From Glycera tridactyla (lineage: Eukaryota): 64,000 nt of DNA. The position numbers and the translations under genes are program-made. Each line of letters opens with the position of its first letter. Within the stretch, counting starts at the first letter, position 1. Positions 59,124 to 64,000 of this stretch are shown piece by piece. The stretch covers positions 86,366,001 through 86,430,000 of the forward strand of contig OZ286465.1 of the NCBI GenBank assembly GCA_965644265.1. The letters are read 5' to 3'. The notes under the pieces are model-generated. The model worked only from the letters and a program-made list of their open reading frames with translations. It searched no databases and was not told the DNA's origin.

Positions 59124-62100
59124 TATCTCAGCACACATGTGCTATGTGTATCTAACCATGATGATGCAGCCATGTTTGTACTCTGCTGGTCTCTAGGTAG
59201 GAAGATACATGTGTATATTGATTATCATGAGCTATCCATCCAGGACAGTCTATGTGTTATGCATACCCTGTCGATCAACACCAGTTTCATTGCTGAATTC
59301 ACCCGCTTCAGGATTCATATCCATGAGTTATCATCACATAATATACAACTGAGAACGGATTCGTGACAATGATAATCATCTACTGTATTCTGTATGAATT
59401 ACAAGTAAATATTTACAACTGTTTGTGCCAAATTTAAAAGAGCTGATCATCTTGAAAGCAATGAGTGGAAATGTGGTAAGAAATACGAGGATGAACTCAA
59501 CACATCCATTGTTGTTCTCATCAAAGCATACTCCTAGTTCTGAAGGAAACTGCACAATGGAGATATAGTTTTCCTACACCAAATCTTACATCCTAATTTC
59601 ATTCTGGTAGCCATTGTCAAACACAAAAGACTATCATCAATCCAAGCTGGTATTCAGATCACACAATAAATGTGTCTGCAATTAGTGGCCATGCTCTCAT
59701 CATGAGATGCAGATAACACTGCCAAGATGTCTATCATAGGATGTCTAGATCAATGACATGATATGACATGCATCTACCAGGTAATGGTATAGTCATTGCA
59801 GGTGTCAGGCAGCGCTGACAGATGACATTCAACAGTGACAGATCACCACCAATTAATTATTGATCTTGATTACTGGGTCACATCTCTACACAAGCAGCAG
59901 ATGGCTGGTGAAAGGGATACAGCAGAACCTGTCTACAAAGACCACCCACTGCGGTTTCCATCAGTCTTTTTTGTAGAGAGGCAGCCTTTCTGGAGAGCTT
60001 GTTTACTGTAAAACTTCTATTGTGGTCATCACTCACAGTGGCCTTTATAGGCAGGTAGCCTTTGTATAGAAGTGGTCCCACAAGCCGATTCGGTTGTATT
60101 TTTGGTTCCCCAAACAGAAAATTGACTTACAGTACTACTGGTCCATGAATGACTAGTGATTTTCCTCTGGGTCATACTGTCATACCTGCCTAAGAGACCA
60201 CCTCTATACACAGACCACCATGAGCTGTGACTAGTATACCAAGTAAACAACCTACCTACAAAGGCCACATGTCTATTTTATACCCAACCAAGGGTGGTCT
60301 TTGTGGACAGGTTTGAATGTACACTGGCCTAAATATCCATGAGCCAGTCAGGTCAGTAGTACATTTCCTCTGGGCAGCTTGCTCCTACAATTCGATATCT
60401 GGAAGAATGGGAAAGATTTGCAAGCCCCTGGCTATCCACAGGTAGTAGAATAGATTTGATTGCCACTGGCTATCTACAGGTAGTCGGATAGAGTACTGAG
60501 ACTGCCGGTCAGCATGATACTTGATGTTTCACGATAAATCAGCTGTGGTTTATATCCGTATGTTCATCCATGATGAATGAGTAGTGTTGATAGATAAACA
60601 ATCCTGCGGATGTAATGATTGATCCTGAACTGCAGGCAGTATACTCCACCTGCATTGTCATCCATTCATGATCGTAATGGTCAGTTGGACAAATCCGTAT
60701 CACAGGTAACACACCTCAGTGTGATGATAGCAAGTAAATCACAATGGTAATCACAATAACACAGTGCATTCAAGAGCTAGCAGGTATGTTAATAGCATCG
60801 GAAGGCAGGAGACAATCCTCCTGCGAATCCTAAGATGATGGCAGCAACCTCATCTCACTGCATTCAGCTGCAGCTGCCATAGCAATGATTGCTTGGCCTG
60901 CATGTATCCAATAGGTATGCACTCAATGTGGATGAATGCCCGCCCTTGTGAGGCTGGATGCACACATGTCGCTGTGTTTGGCAAATGCAGGGTTCAAGCA
61001 TCGCACCGTGCATTATCCACCAGCTACGGAGGAATCTAGGTCAACTCATGAATATTAACTAGGCAATCATTTGCATACTACAGCTTGTGTGAACTAGACA
61101 CATGTAGTAGACCGCCATCAATCGATATTAGCGGTTGTAACAGCATGGGAGGGAGCAATTATAGCTTCAATCTGACACTCTCACTGAACATGTCTTTTTT
61201 CACACAAATTCAATACAAAAATAATTTGGTCTTATTTGTGTAAAGGATGAAAAATAGGTTGTAGCATGAAGAAATATAGATCTATATGTTCTTTCATGGT
61301 TGTATATTAGGTGTGAGGGATACAATCTCCTGATTTCTACTCAAGTGGGGGAGGGGAGAAAATTGGAGAGTAGTGCCCATCATTTCTTCATTCATCTGAG
61401 ATGTCATTTATTCAAGTACTGGCTCATGTGGACGAGCAGCAGAGGCACAGGATCAAATCAGGTTGCTTATCGAAAAATAGAACACTGTGGAATTTCATGA
61501 TGATCTGAGTCAGAATTCACAGTTTCTAGCACAAGCCCTATAGAATGATCAGCATCCATAGTGAATAAGCTTCAACTGGCACACATAAATCATTAAGAGC
61601 AAAATCATCATGGCCAGAATCTTGTTGTGCGAAAAAGCAAGAATACATCTTCTAAACGCCACATTCATGTCTTTATTTTCAATAAGCAGGCTCTCTGCAA
61701 GCTGATGAAGTATGAAATCGGCCAAGGAAATCATTTTGTGAGTCTCCACATACTGAAAGCATACTAGTGAATTCATTATCATGGCAAGAATGTTTTTATT
61801 TCTTCGGAAACAGTTGCAGAGCTGCATCCAGGAATTCATCAAATGGGGCCAATTTCAGGCCAATTGGCCCCATCTATGAAACGCCAATCTTGAAAAATTG
61901 GGGCCAACGAAACTTTTCCCGCCAAAACGTGATCCTTCTCTAACTCACCATTAGTTCCGACACTTCCCACATGATGTTAGATTATCACATTGACAAATGG
62001 TGAATTCTTTACACAAATATGTTTTCTATTACCAGGTATATGTAAATGCAACCATAACCTGCACATTTGGTGAATATCACTACAACACAACTCATGTGAC

Positions 62101-64000
62101 ATGAAAGTATATGTGGGCTGTCAGCCAGTAAATTTTGGAATTCGCAGGCCTCATTTTGCCAGTGAATATGAGTTAAGTTTATATAGTGATTTAAGAGCCT
62201 ATTCATTATCATCAATACCACGACTTCATGAAATCTCCTATGTGTGTTATCCCTGTTGAAGAGTATTTGTGCAAGAAATTATCATTAAGTTTTATTATGA
62301 TGGCTCCATCCTCCTGGCTCCAAACCCTAGCATCAATATAACAACATGAAAGTACCAAATCAGATATCAGGTGGAGACGGGGCAAATAATATCCACTATA
62401 AGATGCCTGGTATGCAAACAGTGACAAATCAACCAACGGATCAGCCAACAGCCATCAGTTCATTAATGGTGTATTTGCATGCCACTGAGTCACCTGTTAC
62501 CAGGCACAGCTGATTATGACAGGCGAAATCCATGAATCAACATTGAAGCATGTTCGATTTTTTTTTGAGTTCACAACTCTCGTAATTAAATTGGTCAACC
62601 CTAATGATGCCCGGTATGAACAACTCCTGGGAGAATTGAGGTGATAGTAATCTATCCCCCATCTGGCTCAAATAAGATAAATGCCCCAGGAACCCTCCAA
62701 AATCAATATAAAGGGATTTAAGTGCCAGTTAACAATGACAGACAACTTAGCGAGGACATTATATCTTCATTGATGCTGATACTACTGCCTGATGATGGTA
62801 AAGTTGGTAGTAGAGCAAGAGCTATCAAAAGACTAAAACTGATTTCTATACATGTACTAGCTTTTGTAATACCATTTGCATTTGACTTCATTCTTATTTT
62901 TAGGGGAGCCAATGACTGCTCCACTGGTGGTCTTTGACGGGGTGAGCTTTATGGGTAATTTTTTATGCCACCTTCACCAAATCCCACTTGGGAAAGGCAT
63001 GTCTTCTTTTTTCTGCTGGTTTTTCAAATGGCCATCTACCTATAATAGATATACTTGCTATCTTTGAGGAACTGTGGAGGGATCAGAGAGAAGTCAAGAT
63101 TCTTGCAACAATATGCCATGATAATGTGTTTTAGATACCTAGAGTTTGAGCTCAAGTCTCACAAGAGATCAACATCACTAAGTTTTTTTCTTCAGTTTAT
63201 AGGACTTTCACCATAGTGCACTCAATTGACTGGTGTTAAGAGGAGTGCATATCAATGACTTGAGCCACAGAGAATATAGGCCATACTTGAACAAAACATG
63301 CAAACACCTTAACTGCGGGCAGGGAGGTGATAATCTTGGCTCGGAATGACTAGATCTATTTCTTGCTGAAAATACATGAAACTGCACATCCTCGGTATGG
63401 TTCAAGGGAAGTCCATTCTTCAGATCACGGCCCAACCAACTAGAATTTTAGTGAGGCACCTCCTCACTCAATATGTCTCCCCCCCCAGACTTTGTAATTA
63501 TTCACTACCCGTATACATGCCTGGCATCCCACCTGCTTGCTTATTCATCTTCAAGTAAGCATGAAAAGATAGACATTAATGGTTGACAACTATCCTTTGA
63601 GTGACCAATGATGTAGTATACCTGGTCATAAGTACGAAAATGTGTCCTGGGGTATGAGGTGTGCTGGGGTACAGGGGGTCTCTTTGTGTAGGATTTGTCC
63701 TTGAGAATATGCCTAGGCATCAGAGAAGTTCAGTTGAATTTGGTTCAGCGGTTTGAGTGGAATTTTGCTGACAGGGGAAGCTCTTGATCAGGTCTTGATC
63801 AGTGACCCAGGAAACAAGAACAATTCAGCAAATGAGATTTGTTCATATTCTCAAATTCTGAAAATGGCTCCTGTGACCTTGACCTTTGACCTTTTGGCAC
63901 CATCTTCGAAATGCCAGTGTATCACCACTAGCCTGTAGATGCACTCAATGGGTGTGAATGCCCCGCTGAGTGCATGATGTCACAGGATGAGTAAATGAGA

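Noticed and set aside
62700-63560. Short ORFs suggesting a decayed transposon coding region
   Set aside because: No recognisable catalytic motif in any frame

Overview
Eukaryotic genomic DNA, probably from an invertebrate animal (inferred from the repeat families and gene style); no prokaryotic features. (1) Most of the window is the 3' half of an intron-rich minus-strand gene. I reconstructed ten coding exons by hand (47470 down to 17097, about 370 aa). They encode a long coiled coil ending in a single C-terminal tail anchor, which best fits an SLMAP orthologue. Its upstream (FHA) exons were not found. (2) A young Ty3/Gypsy LTR retrotransposon on the minus strand (995-5735) has an intact single gag-pol ORF, a full 203-bp 3' LTR and a 5' LTR cut to 118 bp. 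(3) An orphan plus-strand terminal exon resembles the last TM helix of an ionotropic receptor. (4) There are many SINEs and MITEs (TA-, 5-bp- and CTG-TSD types), a Helitron-like 3' end, a LINE remnant, microsatellites, and a duplicated CCTG satellite next to a 303-N gap. The most notable observation is that the coiled coil is built from homologous 21-aa (three-heptad) modules on symmetric phase-1 exons of 63/126 nt. I did not find convincing evidence of a wholly new biological system. All alignments were done by eye and no database searches were run.
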